From Podarcis vaucheri (Eukaryota): a stretch of 64,000 nucleotides of DNA. Shown in pieces: positions 25,501 to 36,605 of this stretch (position 1 is its first letter; each line of letters opens with the position of its first letter). The notes under the pieces were generated by a model. That model saw only the letters and a list, made by a program, of their open reading frames with translations. It was not told the origin of the DNA and did no database searches. Position numbers and translations under genes: made by a program. The stretch lies in NCBI GenBank assembly GCA_965113315.1, contig OZ220373.1. The stretch is one strand, 5' to 3'.

Positions 25501-28368
25501 TTAGCATTTGACTCTTCCGTGTGGGTTATGTGGTCTGAAGACGCCTGCCGGAAGAGGCCCGAGAGCAACCCCTGCCCTGGCTGTGGGGGCTTCTTCGGAG
25601 TATCATCCATTACCTGGTCCTCTCTGATTCCACCAGGAACCACTGGCTGTCCTGCTGTGGTATTTAAGTCAGGTTCTTTTGTGGGGGCTGTCAGCTCCCC
25701 CCTGCATTTGGAATCTTTGTGGTCCAGAGCACCCATGCGTTTGGTATCATGATCCATGTGTGCAATTTTTGAAGTGCCTGAGGCACCCTGGTCTTTATCT
25801 CCATGTTTTAGTGCACCCAGACCATCTTCTTTACCGGTTTCTTTCTTCCTCGTTGGCTCCTCTTTTCTCTGCGGTGCCTCAGGAACTGCCTGAGACTTTG
25901 ACGAGTCCATTTTGGCAGCTTCCACGTTGCTGCTTTTGTGACCCGCTTCAGCATTTGGTGGCTTGCCACTAAAACTTGGTGGGGCAGTTTGATCTTTTGA
26001 AGCTGTCAGGTTTTCCACAGAAGCAGCTTTCAAGAAGGAAGTGAAAATTCCTGGCTTCTCTTTGATGTCCTGCGGTGGTTTGTCTGAAAAGCCAAAACCG
26101 CTCAAAAAGGGAATCTGGAGCTTACCGGTGAAAGGGAAGTTGGGTTCGCTGCTTGCGGAGCTTGTTTTCCTGACATCATCTTCAGAACGGTGACTTTTCC
26201 CCAAGCCCGGTGGTGGCTCCTTTGGCACAGTTTCGGTAGCAGAAGAAGGGAGCAGCAACTGGCTGAAGGATTTCTTAAGTGGGCTGAAAAAGCTCTCAGA
26301 TGGTTCCCCCTGCTCCAACGGCAGAGCGTTACCAGTCTCCTTCTTGGCTTCACTTGGCTTGTTTTCTGGCACTTTCCCTGCAGGTTGTGGATTTCTTGGC
26401 ATGTCTGGGTGTTCTTTAACAACTTTATCTGGCTGACTTGTGGCCTGCGGCGGCACATCAGAAGCCTTCTGTGGCCCACTTGGCTGCTTGGGAACAGCCA
26501 GACTCTCAAAACTGGCTTTCAAGCTAAAAGAACTAACGGAGCTCGACAGCTTGCCAAAGATGGAGGAGACGGGGCCGCTGCTTGCGCTCGCTTCTGCCTC
26601 GCTCTTGCTCGTTTCGGGAGGCGCAACGTTGGTGGGTTTTGTCGCGTTGCCTTCAGCTTCCTTCCCACCTGCCTTGGCTTCAGAAGCACTGGCATGCGTG
26701 GCTTCCACCTTCACAGCCTCCTCCTGTTTTGCAGTCTCTTTTTTCGGTGCTTCCTTTTCGGAGAAGATTTTCAAAGGGTTGAAGATGCCCAAGACGGAGT
26801 TCACGACTGAGCTGGGGTCCAGAGAAGGGGGCGGAGCAGCGTTTGCTGAAGCATCGTGGACACTTGGAGGAGCCTTGTCGTCTCCCGCCGTCTTTTCTGG
26901 GATGCTGGCCTTGGCATCACCGGCTTCTCGCTCACGGCTACTCTGGGTCACAGAAGGGGCAGTTGCCGTGGGCAACCTGGCATCCGATTTGCTCTCTGCT
27001 TTCAGTTCCGGAGAGGCACCCTCAGACTTAGGCTTACTTGAAAACAGACTTATGATGCCTCCCTCGGGTTGACCAGGGGCTTCAGGTTTCTCTGGTGTGG
27101 GAGATACAAGTTTTTCAACTGAGGCTGTTAAGTGCTTTGTTCCTGAGCCCACTTTTTCGGTGAAAGAACTAAATAAGGAGCTGACCGTGTTCTTCACCCC
27201 AGACAAGTCTGGCAGTGCCTCTGTTATGCCTTTGCTGCCCTCGCTCTCCTCTGCGGCAGAAGCGGCTGGCTTTGCCTGTTCCAAAGGGGCACTTTCCTCC
27301 GCCAGCTTATCAGCCCCGGCCAGTTTGGGAGAGGCACCATCGCTTGCATTTTTGCTCGCAGGAAGGGTTTCAAATTTGCTAATCTCCTCCTCTTTTTCAG
27401 CTAAGTATTCAGACACAGTTTCAACTAAGCACTGCAGTTCATCCATTGTGTCCACATATTCTTCCGTTGGCTCTTCAACAGGAGAGAGGGTCAAGTCTTG
27501 CTTAAGAAAGCCGTGCTTTCCTCCTCTCATCCTATGTGAGTTTTTGTCCCTTGGTAACAGGGATATGGCACTTCCAGTATGGGCGTCAGTAAGGTCTCCA
27601 ACATGGCGAACACTGGATTCACGCCATGCTTGGGAAAGTATTGCTATTTCTTCCATTTCATCATCATCATCTGAAACTGGGGAGTACAGGAGTATGCTGG
27701 ATGAACAGCTGCCAAACTCTTTAAGGGCACCCAATGGCACAAAAGAGTGAGCTGGCTGTTCTGAATGGATCTCATTTTCACCATCAAAATGGACTGATCC
27801 TGAGTCATGCTTTGCGCGTTGGTTAGCGGACAACTTGCCACTCTTGACTAGAAGGCCATTCTTGTATGGACGCAGAACTGGATATTCCGGTAACTGTTCT
27901 TCACTTTCAATGGGGCTGCTGCCCCATTTCTCAGTTTCATCATAATCAGGATATAGGTTATGTTCAGTTCTTGCTTTAATGCTGCCTGATGAAAATCTCC
28001 GGTTACCACTGCTTTGCAGTACAGTTCGCTCGCATTCTTCAAAATTGTTATATCTCAGCTTCTTCTTTCTTCTCCTGTCTATTGTGTCATATTCCTCTGG
28101 ATAGCAAGGAACATCGGGATGTCCTGATTCTGGGCAAGGCTTCCGTGAGTATCTTGCTCTTTCAGGATGGCCAAAGTTCTCCCTTTTTGAGAGCCTCGGG
28201 CTCCTTCGTCCCTGTGAACTTCTAGTCCTGTGACTTTTTTCTAAAAAATCTTCTATTAACTGTTTGCCTAATTCCTCATAGTTCTCTTCACACTCTTCCT
28301 GTTCTTGGCCAACTTCGTAATCAAATGGAATGATCCTGACTTTCCCATTGCTAACTAAAGATCCTGGT
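19567..28368 (-). CDS. UNC13B: Giant alternative coding exon of UNC13B (8,802 nt, 2,934 codons; 3' boundary tentative)
   Basis: Stop-free 2,992-aa ORF 19545..28523. An ~80-nt polypyrimidine tract ending ...acgtatcag|ACCAGG gives a phase-2 entry matching the upstream exon. The proposed donor AAAAG|gccagt at 19567 is phase 2 and matches the downstream exon. Confidence 0.85.
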
Positions 28369-28814
28369 CTGATACGTGTGGAGAGGGAAAATATAAGAAG
28401 GACAGAAGGGCAAAGAAAAAAAGGAAAGAGCAGGAGGGGTGAAAAAAGAGCTTTAAACACAAAACTTGCAAAGGAGCATTTCATAAAGACCAAATGATAT
28501 CGTGAATCACATGCAGAAAGCATATTAAAATATCATAACAACGAACCCATTTATTAACACGAAATGTTAGGAATCTCTCTTTTACTATTATTGCAGCTAA
28601 ATAGTAGGGTTGTAAGGGTAGGAGAGCATGAAACATGTATACCACTGTTATGTATACTATAAAGTGATATATGGTATGTTATTTATAAGCTTCTGTTAAG
28701 AACAGGAATTGCAAATTAAAAATGTCAATAAGCAGCTACCTAAAATGTTACAAGTCACTTTCTGGAGCGTCTCAACGGAGTTTATCCCACAGAAAGCAAT
28801 GATGGCCACCAACT

Positions 28815-29055
28815 TAGATTAAGAGAGGACTAGACAAATTCATGGGGAAGAAGGGCTATCAAAGTCTACTAGCCATGAGGCTCGGCTCTGCCTCCACGGT
28901 CGCAGGCAGAGGTGCTTCTGAGCCCCAGGAGAGGAGAAGAGGGCTCTGGAGCTCAGCTCCTCCTTCTGAGCTTCTCCCAGGCATCTGGTCAGTCCCTGTA
29001 AGAACAGGATGCTGGAGAAGGAGGCCACTGGCCTGATCCAGCAGGACTCTTGCCA
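28815..29055 (+). mobile_element. Old CR1 3'-tail fragment
   Basis: ggactagacaaattcatgg...gctatc...aacaggatgctgg...ggcctgatccagcagg; related fragment at about 10430-10580. Confidence 0.55.
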
Positions 29056-29685
29056 TCTCCTGGTTTTAAGAAGGGGCATTTGCAACAGACTAATAATAAG
29101 TTATTACACTAAGCACACAATAAAGGGCATCAATTAATTAAATTTGCAATGTGACAAAACAAAAAAACAGGAAAAACCCATTATCTTACTTGTGGTTTAT
29201 CGCTAGAGGTAAATAAATTAAAAACAACCACCATGTTGATAAGGCGCAAAATGAGGAACCGTTCCAATTATTATTTGGGGTTACTTCCATTAACCATGTG
29301 GACAGCACAAACAAGATTATGATGGGCAAGTCAGAACTGGAAACATGAATCCTAAAAACTCCAGCTACAGTATTGACAGGACAATTAGAAACCAAAGTAA
29401 TTATATGAGGATAAATTAGATAGATCTAAGATTCTAAAGGCCTAGTTTGGAGGAAAGCTAATGATTTGCATCACTTCTCCCTTTAGAGGACATTTTTCCT
29501 AAGGAGGAAGTCAACAGCAACAAAAACCCAGTTGAAACAAGAGAAGCAATAGAAAACAGCCAGCCGGCAACTATACTTGAAAGAGGATGAATTCATGCAA
29601 ACACTGATAGCCAGCTCAGGAACCCCAGCAGACCAAAGCCACGTCACGAGACACGGACACAGAGGCTTCGCAGAGGGTCACCCAC

Positions 29686-29811
29686 CTATCAGACACCTCT
29701 AGTGAGTGCCGGCTCTCTAATGACAGCTGGCGGCTTGTCATTTGACTTGACTGTGATGCAGATTCCAGGTCAGTTCGGCCACTCACAGTGGAGTCTAAGC
29801 TATGGCGCCTT
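29686..29811 (-). CDS. UNC13B: Candidate 126-nt cassette exon: (R)RRHSLDSTVSGRTDLESASQSSQMTSRQLSLESRHSLEVSD
   Basis: Pyrimidine-rich acceptor ...ccttgcctttttgaag|, donor GATAG|gtgggt; open in phase 2-2 as the flanking exons require. Confidence 0.55.
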
Positions 29812-30363
29812 CTTCAAAAAGGCAAGGAGACGTTGGGAGACGTGAAGGACAAGAGCAACACATAAGGTTCAAACAGCTTAGTATTGTAAAATGGAAAGTG
29901 AAAGCAAGTGTGTGGCGTGTGGGATTGGGGGTTGCGCAATTGTGCCAGGAGTCTGGATGGGTGCGAGACAACTGAAGCCAAATCCCAGCAAGAGGGGCAT
30001 CCTAAGGGGCAGCACGCCTTGCAATCTCAAGTGAAACTGATCCACATATTGTCAGTCACTCTTGGTCACTCAGGGCGACAACGTGGGGATCCCAAAATTC
30101 CACAGCAAAAAGAGCTGCTTACCACCAGCTCTGCTTTGCAAGGAGGATGCTCAGCTGCAAACCTTTCTTTGCTCCCATTGGGCTATTCTGGGGGGGACTC
30201 TGTCTGGCAGCTGTTGCTCACTGCTCTTCTGTCACCCCTGAAGCAGAATGGCTTTTCTTTTAAAAACCTGACCACAAGAGAGTCTGAAGCAGCCAGCCTC
30301 AGTCTTGGTAGCTTACAGTGTGTTGGGGGAGAGAAAACGCCCTGGTTCCAAGGGGGTACCTAC

Positions 30364-30586
30364 CTGATGGCTGCTCGTTCGTGGTAATCCAAATCATAGC
30401 CATGCAGGGACTCCCCACAGCACTCTCGGGGGACCCCCTGCTGCTGCAGGCGGGAAGCCACGGGGAACTGGTGCACCGAAGCATTGGGCTGCGAGGTGGT
30501 GTGGTACTGGGGAGGAATGCTGTTGCTGGTCTCACTGCGGTAGTCGCTGTCTCGGTCATCCACAGCACTATCGTGGTCTTCAAAAG
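30364..30586 (-). CDS. UNC13B: UNC13B exon (223 nt): [40 protein letters not shown]...[11 protein letters not shown]
   Basis: cttctag|CTTTTGAAG...GCCATCAG|gtaggt; phase 1-2; contains the conserved Munc13-1/2 motif [18 protein letters not shown]. Confidence 0.95.
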
Positions 30587-33285
30587 CTAGAAGACAGGAG
30601 AGGGTTGAGCAGCGTCTCCCAGGCCAAGATCCGGACACTTCAGACAAAAGCACCTTTCAAGCAAGCTTGTTTGTCTTACGAGAGAAAGTAAAGGGCAGCC
30701 TAAAGGAAGAGCTTCTTGGCTTCCCAGGGAAGCTGCTCACTGGAGATGTGTCTGCCTAAGCATCACGAATGAGGCCTATGAAGAGCTGTTGTTTCTACAT
30801 CTCCTCCCAAAGTACATCATACCATAAAGGCTGGCTTTATTATGGGTGGAAGAGAAGAGGAGAATCTATTTATTCACCTCGTTTAACAGCTGGTGAAATA
30901 GAACAGAGCAGAACCATTTTCTTAGCCATCTTTTTTACTGGCTTCCTTCCTCTCTCTCTGCAGGGTTGCAGGCAGCACTGCCCTGCTTCTCCCCTCTCTT
31001 CCTAGACCTCTTCCAAGGAGCCCTCAGCTAAGCAGCACCTCTCCAACCAGGAATGGGGAGGAAACATCAGTGGAAAGGACAGTCGTGGCACATTTGGGAG
31101 CCAGGAAGGAGAAAGCATATGTGATGGTGCATTGAGAAATACCTCGTGTGCACAATTGCTAACATTTCCATTTAGGAGTATTTTAAAAGGTGGCCACTGA
31201 AACAAACAACAAGTAAACATCGCCCAAGGGGAAAGGAAGGGCACTAAACCTCTAGCTTGAATGGCAGCTCCGTCCCTCCCAGGAAGTTGCCCAGGGCTGG
31301 GGGGCAGAGGGAAGGGGAGCAGGAACAAACTGGCAGGATGTGCTGGCAGGTTGTTCTTGCGAGTGCTCATGCTCTGCCTAGGGTGATCACAGCTTAAGTA
31401 TTTCTTTTTTGGTTGACAAAGTGGGAATGGTAAGGAGAACCGGCAACTTTTGCGGAGCTCAAAGGAGGGACTGCAGGAAAGTCACTACGCAACATTGACC
31501 CACAAGCTACAACCACCACCGAGCAACGGAGAGAGGACAATCTAACAGAAGCACTGTCTGAAGAGGTCAGATCTGAGCCAGGATGCCGGACGCCGTCTTC
31601 CAGCATCCGCATGGTATAGTTGTCAGCTCCTCTCCCTCACTTGAATTTGTGGTCTGGAGAGTCCAGGCAAAACTGTCCCCCAGAAACGGAACAGGACCCG
31701 CTTCTTACAACCCTTTGGGTTCCAGACTCTCTTCCATTTATTCAACATAAGGGCTAGTTTCTACAGAAACAAGCTGCTCCTTGCCCCTCGCCCAGCCAGC
31801 CCGCTCCTCTCCCCGATACCAAGTGGAATTGCAACATGCATCTTAATAAGGAAGAAAAAACAGAATATGAAGCATCCTTAGCCAAGAACAACTTCAAACA
31901 GGCTTTCAACTCCTCTGGAGTAATTTGATTGTCCATGCTGGAAATGACACCATCTCCCGCTTTTTAAGCTGCCTTGGGTGGAAGTATTCTTGCTCATCTG
32001 CTAGGGGAAAGGGCTAATTTCAGTGTACTAAATTTTCTGGATTCACATGAAGGTGCTTATCTTGGCTGTTTGGTGGAATATAAATATAAATGAAGAGCAA
32101 TTATCAATTTCTCTCTCTTTCTTCAAAGGAGAGACGAAGTCCCTTTCAAAAGTACATCTGTATCTGAGCAGGCAACCAATGTGGCAGAACAAAGTACCCC
32201 TTGAGGACGTTTCTTGATGTGCAAAGGAAGGGGCAGTATCCCAAAATGAGACCACCACCTGAAAGCCCAAAATGTTCCTGGTTTTGCTCCCTGTTGTGCT
32301 TGAGCAGGTTTGTGAGACTGAGAGAGAAGCTGCAGCAGGTGAGCCATGGCTCTCCACCTTGATTTCCTGGTGAGAGTGAGCCTAAGGGTCTTTGTCCGAG
32401 TGCTCAGTTACAGCTCTAGAACATCATCCCAGGGGAACGTCCTCCTCCTGAGCCCATTGCCACACGGGAATGAACAAGATCTCCTGCTCATTCTCATGGG
32501 GTCCCATGGGAGTTATTTTAAAAGGACTGTGCCTTCAGCAGGTTTTCTAGGAGGCCATCTCCATCATTTGATGTGTCACCTCAAGGGGGTGATTTTCACT
32601 GCTAACCCTGATCTGATTTAAAGTGTGGCTTCCTGAAGAAGGCTCTTTTAGCATGGTGGCATCTGCCATGCCATGTGGAGCAAGCCCTCTGCCCCTGGAA
32701 ACAAGGCCTGTGTCAATAATGTTAATTCTTTCCGTGTCTTTTTCCCCAGCTAAGCATTTTCAGATGAGCGGTACTGGCCCCTGAGCAACCACAGAATTGA
32801 TATTTTTTTTTTTATTAGGAGGCCATGTTGTTTTATTACGTATTGTATGGAGGTTTTCTTTTTTAATTCTTGAGTATACTGTTTTGGGATTTTAAAACAG
32901 TAAACTAATATATAAGTTTACTTTTAAAAAACCACTAGTATGGGTATTTTAATTACATAAGCAAATGTTTGAGAATAGGTGAAAACACATCACCATAATT
33001 GCAGGGAGAGGAGGTGGAGGGAGGCCTCACCAAGAAGGGCCCCCCTGTTCCAAGAAAAAGAATCTAATGTCTGTGGTCTTGGGGGGGGGGGTCTCCTACA
33101 TGGGAGGGAGGTGCAGGTGTCATAAAGAGCATTTCAGGCACTACTCTGAGGGGCTGGAGGAGGAGGAGGAGGAGGAGCGGTGGAGGGCAGTGAATGAGAA
33201 ACTCCATGCAGAGACCAACTGCATTTTCATTCCTCAGACAAGGCAGAGTGACAACAACTTCCCCAACCAGCTCTGGGTGTGCTGC

Positions 33286-33286
<1 letters not shown>

Positions 33287-33318
<32 letters not shown>

Positions 33319-33328
33319 CTGATTGATT
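33287..33328. repeat. (TTGA)n tetranucleotide repeat
   Basis: Directly visible. Confidence 0.9.
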
Positions 33329-34034
33329 TCATAAAAAATTATGTACCGCTTAACTGTAGAAAACCTCAAAGCGGTTTACGAAAAGAATAGAGCAGAGACC
33401 AATCTGGATGCTTTGTATTTTACAAGTGCCTCCATTCTGGCTTCAAAACAGTCTCCCCCAACAGAAGAATCACTGAATCAAGCCCGTCTCCACCAGCATC
33501 TCACGCCAGGCAAAGACTTTTCCCGCCCTCGCCCCAACCGGTATGAACAGTTTCACACAAGCAGCTCTGAAGAATGGACCAGGTTTCGGGAGGGGAAAGA
33601 GGGTTGCTCCATTTTGCAAGACCACGTGGTATTCATGCACAGTCTAGAACGAAGAAGGGCTCAGAGGCTCACATCCCACAGCGGCATGTTCACTAGGGTG
33701 CTACTACCAGCTAGAGTCTGGGCTGGGGGAAGAGAGGAAGCAAAGAGAAAGAGGGATGAAGAGGTTGGAGTAGCAACTAAAGGAAGGAAAGGCCCCTCCA
33801 AGCAGAGCTGGAGGGAGAGGGAATCCCAAGTCATTTTCTAAGCACAAAGCATGGCTCTAGTCTCAGAATATTGTCCATTTGATTTGTTGTGCCTGAGTTT
33901 GTGTCTAGCCTGGGGTCCCTTGCCACTACCACAGGCCTGACTGCCCAGCTAATGCCTACATGAGGAGGATGAGGAGCCAGGCAGAGGAGACAAAACTTAC
34001 AGGCAATGTGTTCTCAAAATAACTGACAAATCAA

Positions 34035-34036
<2 letters not shown>

Positions 34037-34071
<35 letters not shown>
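34037..34071. repeat. (GT)n microsatellite
   Basis: Directly visible; other (GT)n tracts at about 57714-57738 and 58623-58656. Confidence 0.95.
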
Positions 34072-34072
<1 letters not shown>

Positions 34073-34359
34073 AAGCTTTTCTACAGTCCAACAGTTTATT
34101 GATCCTGGAACCTTGCCAGCAAGCACTGGAACAGCACTTATTGTGAGAGGGGCTGGCGGAACATCTTCTCTTTAAAAGGTCCAAATGTCTCATGAACAAC
34201 AAATCTTTGAAACACATTTCACAACACAGAGGCACAATGCAGCGAGATCTTTAAAAGGTTTACGGGGAAAGACAGTCTTCTGCTCATATTAAAAGGGCAA
34301 AAGGCGCTGAGTGAAAAGAGAGGGTGGGTCTCTGGCTATGACTGCCCTATTAATTATTT

Positions 34360-34381
34360 ATCATCATCATCATCATCATCA

Positions 34382-34420
<39 letters not shown>
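34360..34420. repeat. Compound (ATC)n(ATT)n microsatellite
   Basis: Directly visible. Confidence 0.95.
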
Positions 34421-36569
34421 GGCTTGTGAGAATTCTATGGCCAGACATTTACGTCTTCTCCCACTGCTTCTCTCCAAAGCAAGGGAAGGCTGCCTTTCAT
34501 ATGGAAAAGGAGACTGAAAACCTAATTACTCCCCCATTAGCCTTTAAGAAAGGTTTTCTTTTTAAAAAAAATCCCTCCTGAAATCCAGGCAACTGAATGT
34601 CAAGGTGGGATGAGTGGGAGAGCTGCAGTGTGAATGTGAGTTTTAAGCGTCTTCTCTTCCACAAGAGAACAGCAGGCATTCAAGATGAGTGCGACTCCAC
34701 GCCAAAAGCCTTGTCTCAACGTGGCAGCCCACAAAAGTAGATCCTGTCAAAAAAGATAAGAGTTTCCCCAGAAATAAAGGGCTTGCCCATTCCTCATCTG
34801 ATGTTTGTTGGGAAAACAGAAGAAGCCTGCCCTGTACCTTCCCGCTGCTGCTGCTGCTTGGGAGGAAGGAAGGCTGCTCTACAGCGAAAGAGGCTACTGA
34901 ACTGGCTGAGGGACATTCTGCACATGTCCCCCATTGTATCGAGGAAACACTAGCTGGGAGAAATCTCCAGCAGCTCCAGGGAACCAACGCTAATCTCACA
35001 GCACACCCAAATGCTTTGCTTCCCTGCTGCTCCCAGGGGAGATGAACAGAGTGGCTTTGAACCCCACGCTTGGCAAGGGAGAGGGGTCTGTTGCTGCCAG
35101 AGAGGGAGATGGGGGCATCCTCTCCCATCACGGAACTGCTGGGGCTCCGCTGAGAGGTCTGGCAGGAAGCCCGCCTTCTCTCCCGCGAGCAGGGGCACTT
35201 CTGATCCCAGAGGGTGGAAGAGAAGGGCAGAAACAAAAGTGAAGGTGCAGATGGGCACACCCTGAGTTAAAGCCTTGTGCCAAAGAGACCCACTGCCCAA
35301 GCCTCGTGCCACCTGGGACCCCCAAGATGCACACACCTGGCAAGGGGGGGGGGTTCAACTCTACAAGCCTCTTGCTTTGAGATCACCAGTTGACAAAAAC
35401 CTGTTAGGGAATTAATCCTCCTCCTCAACTCAGCAGAGCAGGTTCCTCAGGAAACTCCCAAAGGGCCAACGGGCCGTATTAATGGGGAGACCGGTGCCAC
35501 AGAGTGTAGAGGAGTGAGGCGCAGGCTCCTCAGCACCGGCAAATGTCACTGCTCACAGGGCTTCGCATCAGAGTGGCCTCCACAATCTGCCCACGGCACC
35601 GAGTTAATCAGCCCAGAGGGCGAGGTTGGGATTATGTGATCTCGAGGGGGGGGGGAGACTCCTCGACTGCGAGATTGTTATTCTTTGTGAAAACCTCTCA
35701 CTGCTCTGCAAGGTATACGGGTAGGAGAAGAGCATGCCTGTCACTTTGGTGAATGCCACACACCGATCTGACTTTCAAAAGAGCAAGCGGGAGGCAGGGA
35801 AGGCTGAGCCTGCTGGCCTCCTCCCCCCACCCTGGCATTTGAAGACCCATCTGGTGGGAAAGGCACTCAGAGGAAGGTGGCAGGGCAAGAAAGCAAAGCT
35901 TCCTCCCCCCAATCCAGGCCCCAGGCACTCTTCATGGTGCAACTGGGCAGCATTGGGAAACTGAAGCTTCACCAAAAAATCGCAACATGGACAGGGGTCT
36001 TATCTATCTGAAAAAGGGGCAGAGGGGTCTAGAGTTAATGAGGAGGGGCACATGACAAACAGAAGGAGAACTGCACACAAGCACTGGGCACATGAAGGAG
36101 GACCAGGGCTGAGTCCGGTTCCCCCGGGGTGGAGAGCGGCAGTCTTCCTGATCCTGAGAAACAGGGCACACTCTAGACCTTTCCTGATGGATCAGGAGCC
36201 TGTCCTATTATGCTCAATAGCCATTTTTGTTTTTCGCAATTGGGAACAAAAGCGACAGAGCAGGTTCTGCTTCTCAAACCCATGGCAGTTGCTGTGTTGC
36301 TGGTTGTTGGGGGTGCCCCATGGCCCTCAAAGGCACCAGGCAAGAGAAAATCCCTATTCTAAGGTACCATTCATTAGTTCACATTGCAAGGGAGAGGCAT
36401 GGTAGGATGGGCACACACAATAACGGAATTCAACAAAGTAAAAAATAGCAGAAGGTCGATTGCATTTCACTCCTCTGCATGAATACCCGAGATATCCTCA
36501 GCCTGGAGCATGGGGAAGCAATTCTGAACCGGAGAACTAGAAAGAAATTATTATTAAAGTGTTACATAC

Positions 36570-36605
36570 TCTGCTCTTCTCCCCATCCGAAATAACTCCA
36601 GCTGC
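36570..36605 (-). CDS. UNC13B: 36-nt frame-preserving cassette exon: (C)SWSYFGWGEEQ(T)
   Basis: tgcatgcag|GCAGCTGGAGTTATTTCGGATGGGGAGAAGAGCAGA|gtatgt; phase 1-1; resembles the recalled Munc13-1 CNWNYFGWGEQ and rodent Munc13-2 HWTYLGWGEHQT segments. Confidence 0.85.

Noticed and set aside
19559-28225. Many plus-strand and alternate-frame ORFs over the giant exon (e.g. 19684..20514, 22230..23033)
   Set aside because: Shadow ORFs of a long GC-rich coding exon, with no independent signals.
28369-28523. First 52 codons of the 2,992-aa ORF (Met at 28523), and the idea of a stand-alone intronless gene
   Set aside because: The F/L/S/P-rich start is just the translated polypyrimidine tract. An in-phase acceptor at 28368 ties the ORF to UNC13B.
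30123-30267. Possible exon ending at the GTG|gtaagc donor (30123)
   Set aside because: The required phase-2 frame from the nearby acceptors contains a TAG stop, and there is no recognisable homology.
31754-31936. ORF MDNQITPEELKACLKLFLAK... as an alternative first exon
   Set aside because: Only a weak phase-0 donor (TTG|gtatcg), while the next exon needs phase 1.
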